This document shows positions 38,842-47,550 of a stretch of DNA of 64,000 nucleotides, one piece after another. The notes beneath the pieces were generated by a model. It made no database searches. It was not told the DNA's origin and saw nothing but the letters and a program-made list of their open reading frames with translations. The stretch comes from an uncultured virus (IMG/VR IMGVR_UViG_3300034069_001183). Its lineage: Duplodnaviria > Heunggongvirae > Uroviricota > Caudoviricetes. Both the position numbers and the translations under genes were made by a program. Each line of letters starts with the position of its first letter. Within the stretch, counting starts at the first letter, position 1. The stretch lies in the IMG/VR virus record IMGVR_UViG_3300034069_001183, one strand, 5' to 3'.

Positions 38842-40224
38842 ATGTGCGGAATATTTGGAATAATAAATAAAAAGAAGAGCGATTTTGATAAGACAACATT
38901 TAATGTCTTAGGTATTAATAATGACACTAGAGGAGGTGATTCTTGTGGAGTTTTTATTGATGGTCGCTATGAGTATGGTGTAGACGATAAGAGTTACTAT
39001 GAGGAATTTTTTGAGACAAGTAAGATCTTAAAGACTACCACTAAGTGTACTATTGCAATCGGTCATGATAGGAAGGCAAGTGTTGGTAAGATTGATAAAA
39101 CTACTGCACAGCCAATAGTCCTCAAAAAAAAAAAAGGCGAGGTAGAATTTGTAGTGATTCATAATGGAACTATCTACAACTATCTTGACCTGGCTAAGAA
39201 GTATATCCCAGGTGTTAAGATCGAAGGCCTAACAGATTCACAAGTAATGGCAAGAATCTTTTACTACAAGGGATATGATGTACTAGAAGAGTATAATGGA
39301 GGTGCTGTATTTGTAGTCGTTGATTATAGACAGCCAAAACCTAAGGTACTATTCTTCAAGGGCGCATCTAAGAAGTACAATACAGGCAAAGAGATGGATG
39401 AAAGACCATTCTACTTCTCAATTGATCCAAAGCAAGGGTTAGTATTCAGCTCCATCAGTACATACCTTAAAGCACTTAGGCCAGAAGGAGAGGTATATAC
39501 TATCAAAGCTAACCAACTGATAGATTACAACAATGAGACCTGTAAGATGACAATTATTAAGAACGTTGACAGGTCTAAACAGCAACAGACAAAGGAATAC
39601 ACAAACAAGTATAGTTTTGCAAGTGAGATTCCTTCTAAGTGGAGTGGCTACAGTAACAGTAAATATAGTAGCGGTGGTTGTTGTGGATATACAGAATCAT
39701 CTTATGTGAAGGTTGACTATCTCAGTAATACCTATTCAAATAAAAAGGGTAAACTACACGGAGAGTATCATATGACAAGATATGGAAAATTCGTGAGCCC
39801 TGATAGTAAAGATTCAGAAGTATTTAATGTCTGGTTCTTTAACGGTATTGCGCTGAAAGGAAAGGAGGAGTTTAAGTTTCTTGAGTATTTTAACAAGAAG
39901 ACAAAACTGGATATCAACAAGTTCACAGAGAGATATCAAAACTTAGTGAGGTCAATCAGTGTGGATGGCCTGTACTGGAAGGAGATAGATGGTGAAGAGT
40001 ATCTAGTAAGGGCAATTAGTACAGATGATTTCCAGAAGTTTACAGGTGGCTTTCAGATGTTAGGTCAATCTAGTAATAAACAGTACTTAGTTGGAAGGTA
40101 TACTGGTGACTGTTACTCTGGATTTGATAGACCTTTCGTATTTATAGATGAGAAAGATAAGTTCAATATCAAAAGCTTCTATAAGATATGCAAGTTATTG
40201 ATGAAGTCAGCGGTAATAAAATAG
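38842..40224 (+). CDS. Class II (Ntn) glutamine amidotransferase
   Basis: N-terminal MCGIFG, RGGDS, GHDRKAS, HNG and TDS. Confidence 0.85.
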   Translation: MCGIFGIINKKKSDFDKTTFNVLGINNDTRGGDSCGVFIDGRYEYGVDDKSYYEEFFETSKILKTTTKCTIAIGHDRKASVGKIDKTTAQPIVLKKKKGEVEFVVIHNGTIYNYLDLAKKYIPGVKIEGLTDSQVMARIFYYKGYDVLEEYNGGAVFVVVDYRQPKPKVLFFKGASKKYNTGKEMDERPFYFSIDPKQGLVFSSISTYLKALRPEGEVYTIKANQLIDYNNETCKMTIIKNVDRSKQQQTKEYTNKYSFASEIPSKWSGYSNSKYSSGGCCGYTESSYVKVDYLSNTYSNKKGKLHGEYHMTRYGKFVSPDSKDSEVFNVWFFNGIALKGKEEFKFLEYFNKKTKLDINKFTERYQNLVRSISVDGLYWKEIDGEEYLVRAISTDDFQKFTGGFQMLGQSSNKQYLVGRYTGDCYSGFDRPFVFIDEKDKFNIKSFYKICKLLMKSAVIK

Positions 40225-41447
40225 ATGTGTTTTCAGCCATCAAGGTAATCATTGGGCTGAATAAAGAAGATGAGACTCTTATTTATGGTTATATAGATTC
40301 AAAACATTTAAACCTAACTAAGAGAGTACTAGTAGGTTCCAGAGGTGCAATTATGTATGTACTTACTACTAAATTCCCTGAAGATGAGCTATTCTTCAGT
40401 AGGTATTATGGTATGTATAGGACTAAGATAGGCCTCTCTCAAGCAGATATACAGAGAGAGTCTAAAATTCTAGGTAAAGGTAGTTTTCCGTATAGCTTTG
40501 AAAGGATGTACGAAGCAGTTGACAACTTTCAGATTTTCCAAGACAAGGATAAGCTGATTGATACTGAATTCAAACACCCCCTCGCTAAACAGATGAACTA
40601 TACATTTGGCTTAGAGTTTGAGACATGTAAGGGCTATATACCAGAGGATATTTGTTTCAGAGATGGACTTATACCGCTTAGAGATGGATCTATTAGTGGG
40701 CTTGAGTATAGTACTTTGGTTTTGCAGGGAAATTCTGGACTATCTATGCTAAAACAACAGATAGGTACCTTACAGGAATATACTAGGTTTGACAAAGACT
40801 GCTCCTTACATATTCACTTCGGCGGTTATCCATTACAGGCTGATAAACTATGGGCGCTTTATTCAGTGTGTTATAGAATTCAGGACAACCTTAAAGGATA
40901 TGTACCTAAGTTTACATTTTATAGTAGTAGGTATAAGAGTTCTGGGAAGGATTATTGCAAATTCCTACCAGACTTTGATAGCTTTAACGAACTATATGAA
41001 ACTTTTGTAGGGAGAAGATTCTTTGGTGACTTATCTCAACCACATCCAAATGATCCAAAGAGATGTGCTAAGTGGAGAATCCCGCACAGATATTATTGGG
41101 TTAACTTTATAAATGCAATGTGCTATAAGGTTAACAAGACAATCGAATTTAGATTACTTAGACCAACATTTAATTATGCAAAGATAACATTATGGATGTA
41201 TGTGTTTAATGCAATCTTAAAATATGCCGACAAACATTCAGATACTTGTCACTTAGGCCTAGATAAATCAAGCCTAATGATTTCAGATATACTGGATGAT
41301 GTCTACCCAAAGAGACTTGCTAGTAAACTTAAGACTAGATGGAATCGTCTTAGCAAGGCAGTAATGGATCAAGAGAAAAAGGGTGATTACATTGGCAGTA
41401 AGGTTGACATAGATAACAATTACATACCAGTATTTGAAATAATCTAA
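40188..41447 (+). CDS. Putative amidoligase (COOH-NH2 ligase type 1)
   Basis: FGLEFE, DGSI..LEY, CSLHIHFG, RY.WVN and TIEFR. Confidence 0.8.
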   Translation: MQVIDEVSGNKIDVFSAIKVIIGLNKEDETLIYGYIDSKHLNLTKRVLVGSRGAIMYVLTTKFPEDELFFSRYYGMYRTKIGLSQADIQRESKILGKGSFPYSFERMYEAVDNFQIFQDKDKLIDTEFKHPLAKQMNYTFGLEFETCKGYIPEDICFRDGLIPLRDGSISGLEYSTLVLQGNSGLSMLKQQIGTLQEYTRFDKDCSLHIHFGGYPLQADKLWALYSVCYRIQDNLKGYVPKFTFYSSRYKSSGKDYCKFLPDFDSFNELYETFVGRRFFGDLSQPHPNDPKRCAKWRIPHRYYWVNFINAMCYKVNKTIEFRLLRPTFNYAKITLWMYVFNAILKYADKHSDTCHLGLDKSSLMISDILDDVYPKRLASKLKTRWNRLSKAVMDQEKKGDYIGSKVDIDNNYIPVFEII

Positions 41448-41451
41448 AGAA

Positions 41452-41499
41452 CGAAAAGAAAGTAGTAGAAAGTTAAATTCTACTACTTATTTTTTTTTT
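41452..41499. terminator. Bidirectional terminator; direct repeat copy 1
   Basis: AAGTAGTAGAA/TTCTACTACTT stem with A- and T-tracts; near-identical to 44651-44696. Confidence 0.75.
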
Positions 41500-42577
41500 A
41501 CAATTCCTCAATCCATTTCAGAACGAGATTAATACAAGACTCTACATCATCCCAGTGACATTGTTCGTATGGTTGATGCATGTTTCTGTTAGGCAAGCTC
41601 AATAACATGGTCTCACAGTTTGTTGCATGTTCCTGTATTGCGCTTGTATTAGTACCCCCTGCTCTACCAACACCAATCTGATAAGAGATGTTATTCTTCT
41701 CTGCCAAGTATTTCATAGTGTCACCAATTCTTCTTGACTTCGCTGGGCCATATTCTATTACTACACCCTTGCCCAAACTAATATCACCGTACATTGCTGA
41801 ACTGATACCAAGATCCTTTTCAGTACTTGGGCAAACGTCAAAATCGATGCTTATTTCGGGGTCAACTCTTCTGGCTAGTACTTTTGCGCCCCTAAGTCCA
41901 GATTCTTCACCTGCTACACCTGCACCAAATAATGTAATGTTCTTTTTCACGAGCAAGTCTTCATCTACCCTGCGCAAGATTTCAGCCACGATATACACCC
42001 CGAGTTTATCATCGAGACTATTACCAACGATGAATTTACCTGAAGGGCCAAAGTTAATATTCTGTTCATACTTCGGATAGACTAAGAGAGTGCCTACACC
42101 AATACCAAGACCTTCAAGCTCTTTCTTATCAGTGCATCCAAAGTCAAGGCACAAGTCCTCCATCTTAGCAATACTATCATACTCACCTCCTGTCTGAACA
42201 TGTATCGCCTTGTACTGAATAATACCGTCTACCATTCCATCCTTAGTGAGCGCAGAAAGTCTAGAACCAGGTAAGACACGACGATCTTCACCACTAATTC
42301 TAACTATCTTACACATACCAGATTCAGTTACCTCACTCACTAAGAAACCAAGTTCATCATAGTGACCTGATAACAAGATAGGGGTACCATTGATTGCACC
42401 TTTTGTAAATACTGAGTTCTGAAATTTGTCGGTGAATGCATGTCGGCTAAATTCTGACATATGATTGTTAAATACGTCAACCGCTGCATTCTCATAACCT
42501 GTTGGAGATGGTGCCTCCAATAATTCTTCTAAGAACTTTTGATTTTCTTTCATTTCTTTTTCTATGTTTTTATTCAT
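41498..42577 (-). CDS. M42 family aminopeptidase
   Basis: PSPTGYE, GHYDELG, LDDKLG, GEESGLRGA and MHQP; likely start MNKNIE. Confidence 0.85.
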   Translation of the reverse strand: MNKNIEKEMKENQKFLEELLEAPSPTGYENAAVDVFNNHMSEFSRHAFTDKFQNSVFTKGAINGTPILLSGHYDELGFLVSEVTESGMCKIVRISGEDRRVLPGSRLSALTKDGMVDGIIQYKAIHVQTGGEYDSIAKMEDLCLDFGCTDKKELEGLGIGVGTLLVYPKYEQNINFGPSGKFIVGNSLDDKLGVYIVAEILRRVDEDLLVKKNITLFGAGVAGEESGLRGAKVLARRVDPEISIDFDVCPSTEKDLGISSAMYGDISLGKGVVIEYGPAKSRRIGDTMKYLAEKNNISYQIGVGRAGGTNTSAIQEHATNCETMLLSLPNRNMHQPYEQCHWDDVESCINLVLKWIEEL

Positions 42578-42645
42578 TACAATATTAAGGTATCTAGGGT
42601 AATACAGAGTCCGCTTCAAGGCCTTCAAAAAATGACGTCTAGGAA

Positions 42646-42669
42646 GCCTCAAAATCCTTATTAGTGTAA
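42646..42669 (+). promoter_or_regulatory. Phage promoter motif (divergent pair with 42578-42599)
   Basis: GCCTCAAAATCCTTATTAGTGTAA. Confidence 0.7.
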
Positions 42670-43300
42670 TGATAATAAAGCATTACCTGAAGGATATTAG
42701 AACTAGATTCTAGTATCCAATTATATTTTCATGTACTTGAAACGAATAGTACTAGTATTATAATGAGCCTGAAGGTGGTCTACGGGAGATTATAGTACGA
42801 ATAATTTAATGAGGTGACATTAACTTCGGCTTGGCGAAGTAAAAATAGTAGACGTATTTCACTATTAATCAGTGATTGATTTGAAGTGGGAGTTTGTTAT
42901 ACCCGTGAAATATATAGGCCGAGCGCGTATAAAGGTTTTAAGGGCACATTATGACAGACCTACATTTAGTGGGACTGTTTGTGTAACAAAATAAAGATTA
43001 AACTATAGCGAAGAGTTATAGTTGGATATGTATGTACTGAACATGAGGAATGATCAGCAGCAATATCAAAACACAGTAGTCAGAATATTATGACGAACTG
43101 AGAAATAATAGAATGTATGTATTGACAAGCTATTAAAGTATCGGGGTGGACTACTAGGGATTAAGTAATACAACTTAATTATTAGGTGAGGATTATATCG
43201 GTTGATATAGGACCTTGGTATAGTATTGAAGAAGTACTATTGCTCCACCTAATTAGTAGTAGGAAGTCTAGATAAGAGAAGTATCTAGCAAGTTATTAAA
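42670..43300 (+). ncRNA. Candidate large structured ncRNA or leader (~630 nt)
   Basis: No long ORF; many stems, e.g. GTCTAC/GTAGAC, TATTTCAC/GTGAAATA, ACTTCG/CGAAGT, AACTATAGC/GTTATAGTT, ATTAGGTG/CACCTAAT and CTAGATA/TATCTAG. Confidence 0.55.
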
Positions 43301-43336
43301 CTTTATGACATTATTAACATTTTAAATTAAACGATT

Positions 43337-43528
43337 ATGAACAGTTTTGTAAAAGAAGTTAAGAACGGAGCAGTTTGCTCTGCAAAAGTAGGTGCATGCG
43401 TGTTTGTATTTTACGGCGCATTGTCAGTAGTAAATTTGATCCTCGGCGCAGGTAGCAAAGAGGAAGTAGAAAAGACACCAGAGACTAATCCTACTGGTGA
43501 ACAACCTTTAGAGGGTGCTGCTAAATAG
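43337..43528 (+). CDS. Small membrane protein
   Basis: TM helix; TTAACA start region. Confidence 0.6.
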   Translation: MNSFVKEVKNGAVCSAKVGACVFVFYGALSVVNLILGAGSKEEVEKTPETNPTGEQPLEGAAK

Positions 43529-43566
43529 CACTCTCAGTACATATTAACAATTTAAAAACTTATATT

Positions 43567-43680
43567 ATGGATAAAGATCTTAGAGGAGAAAGAATTACTA
43601 TCCTTACTGCAATAGTAGTATTGATAGTAGGTTTCATCTGGAACGTTAGCAATAAGGTTCTAGATAAGGTCGATAAGTAG
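43567..43680 (+). CDS. Small membrane protein (37 aa)
   Basis: MDKDLRGERITILTAIVVLIVGFIW... Confidence 0.6.
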   Translation: MDKDLRGERITILTAIVVLIVGFIWNVSNKVLDKVDK

Positions 43681-43741
43681 AAAACCAATAAACGGGGTCT
43701 AGCAGTAGGCCCTAGACATATTAACAATTTAAACAAAGATT

Positions 43742-43891
43742 ATGAAGAAAGAATTATCAGATATTTCTACTATTGGTATAGTAGTTTTATCAACTACAGC
43801 TCTGAAGTTATATGACTTATACAGAGCAAAGAGAGTTAGAAAATTGTATTCTAAACTAGAAAAATTGGAGGAAGAAAGCAATGAGAAATAA
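43742..43891 (+). CDS. Small membrane protein (49 aa)
   Basis: MKKELSDISTIGIVVLSTTALKLY... Confidence 0.6.
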   Translation: MKKELSDISTIGIVVLSTTALKLYDLYRAKRVRKLYSKLEKLEEESNEK

Positions 43892-44033
43892 TACAATTGC
43901 AATCGGATACGTGACTGTTATGGCGGTTGCGGCAGTGGTTGTCAAGAAATTTTATGACAGCTTCGAAAAAGATTTATTAGAGGATATTGAAAAATTCTCT
44001 AAGAAGAAAAACCAAACAAGTGCTGAAGAATAG
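43881..44033 (+). CDS. Small membrane protein (50 aa)
   Basis: MRNNTIAIGYVTVMAVAAVVVKKF... Confidence 0.6.
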   Translation: MRNNTIAIGYVTVMAVAAVVVKKFYDSFEKDLLEDIEKFSKKKNQTSAEE

Positions 44034-44073
44034 TAAGCACTTAGACATATTAACAATAAAAAAAATAAAGATT

Positions 44074-44259
44074 ATGAAAACTATAATGAGTGGATTATCA
44101 ATACTTTCATTTGTATTGTATTTTTTGTGTGTAGTCGTTCTGCACTTTAAACTTGGAAACGACACAGTTAACTTGGTATGTGATATATACCTGGTAGTTA
44201 TGGTAGTAGTATATGGATACTACGGAACAAAGATCTGGTGGAAGACGCTGGATAAATAG
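44074..44259 (+). CDS. Small two-TM membrane protein (61 aa)
   Basis: Start MKTIMSG after the ACATATTAACAAT motif. Confidence 0.6.
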   Translation: MKTIMSGLSILSFVLYFLCVVVLHFKLGNDTVNLVCDIYLVVMVVVYGYYGTKIWWKTLDK

Positions 44260-44264
44260 AATAT

Positions 44265-44310
44265 ATATAACCGGAGACACAATTGAACATGTGTTTCTGG
44301 TTATATTTTT
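44265..44310 (+). terminator. Intrinsic terminator
   Basis: ATATAACCGGAGACAC/GTGTTTCTGGTTATAT followed by a T-tract. Confidence 0.7.
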
Positions 44311-44365
44311 GCGTAATCAAGAATATAAATACTTGATCTGATGAGACATGTTTTGTCGAAACGCA
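44310..44365 (+). ncRNA. Type III hammerhead ribozyme
   Basis: TGCG-TA^-ATCAAG-loop-CTTGAT-CTGATGA-GACA-TGTTT-TGTC-GAAA-CGCA; complete catalytic core, cleavage predicted after A44315. Confidence 0.9.
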
Positions 44366-44476
44366 GTAAAAATATTAATAGGAACTAAAGCTTCCAGAGG
44401 TTATATATTTTGTAGTTAGGGTAAGTAATTGCCCTAATTATTTTTCTCTCCGATCCCCTTGAATCCTTAACTATGT

Positions 44477-44644
44477 ATGAAGGTTGATGAAATATTAGAA
44501 AAGTATAGTAGTGATAATATTGACCTGCTTTATAATAGGTTAGTAGGAATAACAATTGGGGAGAACTGGGAATATGATTATGAGGCATTTAAAAGATTCT
44601 ATGACAATGTGGATGATCTATGGCTTGTATTATCTATGTGTTAA
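44477..44644 (+). CDS. Small hypothetical protein (55 aa), probably leaderless
   Basis: MKVDEILEKYSSDNIDLLY...; promoter motif at 44455-44476 abuts the ATG. Confidence 0.55.
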   Translation: MKVDEILEKYSSDNIDLLYNRLVGITIGENWEYDYEAFKRFYDNVDDLWLVLSMC

Positions 44645-44650
44645 GAGAAG

Positions 44651-44696
44651 CGAAAAGAAAAGTAGTAGAAATTAAATCTACTACTTATTTTTTTTT
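44651..44696. terminator. Bidirectional terminator; direct repeat copy 2
   Basis: AAGTAGTAGA/TCTACTACTT stem; near-identical to 41452-41499. Confidence 0.75.
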
Positions 44697-45262
44697 CAAT
44701 CCCTGTATAACTTATTCTCTTTTATTATATCCCATGTACCCTTAGTTATCCATGGGAGAGGGATTTTATTATTTCTCAGTAAGTTTCTAATGGCGGAAGA
44801 ACTCACTGTAATACTCATGTCGGATACTTCACTACTAAAACCTGGCCTACTTATTTCAACAGTATTCCAGTTCTTTAATAGTTCTTCTCCTCTATACCAC
44901 TTCGACATATCTTTCACAGTGTCAGTTCCGCCAAGTATTACAAACTCAATATCCCTGGCATACAAATTTTTCAGTGCCTCTAGTTGATCGTAGGTATAAT
45001 AGTTTCCATCTTTATTCTGCCTACTCACTATCTCAATTCCAAACTGATCCTTACTAAAGCCAGATTCATACATAGCGGACCTTATCATATTAGCCCTTAA
45101 GTCAACACTCACCGCCTTTCTATGTTTCCAGGGATTTTGAACGGCAGGTAAGAACAATACCTTATTAACTAGTCCTTCATTTAAGACCTTACTAACTATT
45201 GCAATGTGACCTATGTGAATTGGGTCAAAACTACCAAGTAATAATCCTATCTTCATCTCCAC
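44696..45262 (-). CDS. nadD: Nicotinate/nicotinamide mononucleotide adenylyltransferase
   Basis: GSFDPIHIGH, NPWK, YTYD, KWY and VSSSAIR. Confidence 0.85.
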   Translation of the reverse strand: MEMKIGLLLGSFDPIHIGHIAIVSKVLNEGLVNKVLFLPAVQNPWKHRKAVSVDLRANMIRSAMYESGFSKDQFGIEIVSRQNKDGNYYTYDQLEALKNLYARDIEFVILGGTDTVKDMSKWYRGEELLKNWNTVEISRPGFSSEVSDMSITVSSSAIRNLLRNNKIPLPWITKGTWDIIKENKLYRD

Positions 45263-45726
45263 TTAATTAATTTTTCTGGGTTCCTTACTAATTCCTCTAA
45301 CTCATGCAATTCCTTCTCATAGCTTGGGTACTTATAATACTTTTTAAATGTATTACCGCTGCTTTTAAAGAAATCTAGACTAGACTTTGCATCCATACGT
45401 GCAAGTTCTATTGCATAATTTCCTACCGACTCTAGGTAAGGTAACTTTAACTTACCATTCCTATCTAGTAGGCTACTACTAACCTCATCTTTTAAGTACT
45501 GTGGTAGATCTTCAAAGCTAATGACCTTACGATTACTATACAATAAGTCATTTATAAATAAGCTCCTGTGATCTTCCGTTATGTTAGTACAAATGACAGT
45601 ATCAAAGCTAGATTCATCTATTATATCAGCAACATGAAGATACAGGTCAGCGATATTAATATTTCCTGGGTCTAATATAAAATCTTCATCGTCTTCTATA
45701 TTTACTATAAAACTATAATCAATCAT
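45253..45726 (-). CDS. Hypothetical protein
   Basis: ORF. Confidence 0.6.
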   Translation of the reverse strand: MIDYSFIVNIEDDEDFILDPGNINIADLYLHVADIIDESSFDTVICTNITEDHRSLFINDLLYSNRKVISFEDLPQYLKDEVSSSLLDRNGKLKLPYLESVGNYAIELARMDAKSSLDFFKSSGNTFKKYYKYPSYEKELHELEELVRNPEKLIKWR

Positions 45727-46085
45727 ATTCTACTAAGCAGGTCAAAAATTAATTGATATACTATTACTGCTCCGGTCAATATATAACACAAGCTAAACGC
45801 AAGCTCTGGTAGGACTACTTTATTTATATAGTACTTTCCACCATGACTCTTTAAGAAACAATACTTAACTGTGTCATACCTTTCTAGTAGCTTAACATAA
45901 TAGAAAGTAGTGATAAACACAAACACAGTAAAGCAAGCTGATACTAAGTGAATATGTCCCACTAGTAATCTGATTATGGCTATTAGTACTACCACGAACA
46001 GATTAATACAACTCAACCAGAACATCTTTTTCTTGGTTGATTGAAACCTTAGGTAATCTTTTTCAGAACTCCAATATCTTACCAT
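45723..46085 (-). CDS. Three-TM membrane protein
   Basis: Three hydrophobic helices. Confidence 0.65.
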   Translation of the reverse strand: MVRYWSSEKDYLRFQSTKKKMFWLSCINLFVVVLIAIIRLLVGHIHLVSACFTVFVFITTFYYVKLLERYDTVKYCFLKSHGGKYYINKVVLPELAFSLCYILTGAVIVYQLIFDLLSRI

Positions 46086-46768
46086 CCCATATAAAATGTA
46101 AATTGTTTTATCATAAATGCCGTATAACCTATGAAGTAAATAATAATAAAGACATTCACAGCCCTCAATATTTTCACATACTTATTATAGGTCTTCTCTA
46201 TGTTGTGACGATCTAGGTCATCCAATCCCCTATTATTGACCCTGCATACATTAAATGTAAAGTCATCTATGTTTGCTGTGTCAATCAACATTACAGTACT
46301 AACGACAAATAATGTAGCCGCTAAGTAAATTATCATACTAAAAATTGTAAGTAGCATTACTAGATTTACATGCCAACTTACACCCGATCCTCCAAGTAGT
46401 TCTTCCTTGTCGTACTCAATTTTAATAGTACTACCAATATCATGTGTTAGATAAGTCTGTGCATCTACCTCTTTTACCCAATTATACTCACTATTCTTTA
46501 AGTACAGATAGTAAGTACTTGATTTCTCTTCGTTTTCTGCCAGCTTATTAACTATCTTCCACTCGCTTTCTACTCTTGTGTGATACTCTCTCGCATAGTC
46601 TTTCATGTCACTACGAAAAATCCATTGCAGTGATAATACGAACAATGATATAATAATTAGAGTGCTCGTTATTCCTACCTCAGACCACGCATTTTCACCT
46701 ACAGTAGCCCACCAAATACTAGTCTTCAATGGCTGGTTACCTTTCTTAGATTTTACTTCGTAGTTCAT
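46079..46768 (-). CDS. Membrane protein, paralog of 46774..47463
   Basis: Shared MNYE start, TYYL.L..S.Y.W.K.V and IGST...EY.K. Confidence 0.7.
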   Translation of the reverse strand: MNYEVKSKKGNQPLKTSIWWATVGENAWSEVGITSTLIIISLFVLSLQWIFRSDMKDYAREYHTRVESEWKIVNKLAENEEKSSTYYLYLKNSEYNWVKEVDAQTYLTHDIGSTIKIEYDKEELLGGSGVSWHVNLVMLLTIFSMIIYLAATLFVVSTVMLIDTANIDDFTFNVCRVNNRGLDDLDRHNIEKTYNKYVKILRAVNVFIIIYFIGYTAFMIKQFTFYMGW

Positions 46769-46773
46769 TGGTT

Positions 46774-47463
46774 CTATACCAGTTTACAAATTAATACTAA
46801 GTAGTACACACACCAAGTAGAATAACCTACCATTAGAATAGCAGCCAGCCCTTTCATTATGTTATACCTACTAACATACCTGTCGAACTGCTTCTGTACT
46901 CTAAGGTCGTCATCATCTACTCTACTATTATTTGACCTAACCCAACTATGAAATCTATGGTAATCAGTATCTCCCTTCTCCCAAAAATCAGCCATGCATA
47001 TAAATAGGACAATAAGTAAGAGTATCTGGATTGCAAAAGATACAAATCCAATTATTGCAAGATATTTGGGCTTGTTCTCTGGAAATAAGTCACTCTTAGT
47101 ATATTCTACTGAGACTGTACTTCCGATATTAGTAATATTATATTTGACATTGCTAACATCTTTTGCCCACTTATACTTACTATCTTGAAGCACTAGGTAG
47201 TAAGTATTTTCTCTATATGTATCATCTACGAACTTGCCAACCACCCGCCATTTTGAAATCGTACTAGTCTCCCACTCGCCTATCTGTTTCATTACTGTTC
47301 CAGACATTAGAAACTGTGCCGTCATTATAACAGCAAGTATAGTAGTGAGTATGCAAATTGATTCAACGGTTTCTTTGACTTCACCGTTATCATAAAAGAT
47401 CCAATAAAAACTCGATCTTAATTTTCCTTTTGACGTTTTCTTCGTCTCTGCTTCGTAATTCAT
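46774..47463 (-). CDS. Membrane protein, paralog of 46079..46768
   Basis: Same length (229 aa) and shared motifs. Confidence 0.7.
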   Translation of the reverse strand: MNYEAETKKTSKGKLRSSFYWIFYDNGEVKETVESICILTTILAVIMTAQFLMSGTVMKQIGEWETSTISKWRVVGKFVDDTYRENTYYLVLQDSKYKWAKDVSNVKYNITNIGSTVSVEYTKSDLFPENKPKYLAIIGFVSFAIQILLLIVLFICMADFWEKGDTDYHRFHSWVRSNNSRVDDDDLRVQKQFDRYVSRYNIMKGLAAILMVGYSTWCVYYLVLICKLV

Positions 47464-47550
47464 TTTCTCATATTTTTTGTTAATAATCTACTAATAAGGA
47501 ATTTAGAGGAAAAAGAAAAGGTAAGTACTTAATACCTACCTCTCTTATGA

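Noticed and set aside
42578..42652. N-terminal extension of the M42 peptidase in the ORF track
   Set aside because: It spans two promoter motifs; the ATG at 42577 is the more plausible start.
42680..42760. Second hammerhead at the 5' end of the large RNA
   Set aside because: CTGAAGG does not match the CUGANGA core and the stems cannot be assembled.
43300..44100. CRISPR array suggested by repeated ACATATTAACAAT
   Set aside because: Spacing is irregular (170-330 bp), the intervening sequences are ORFs, and no cas genes are present.
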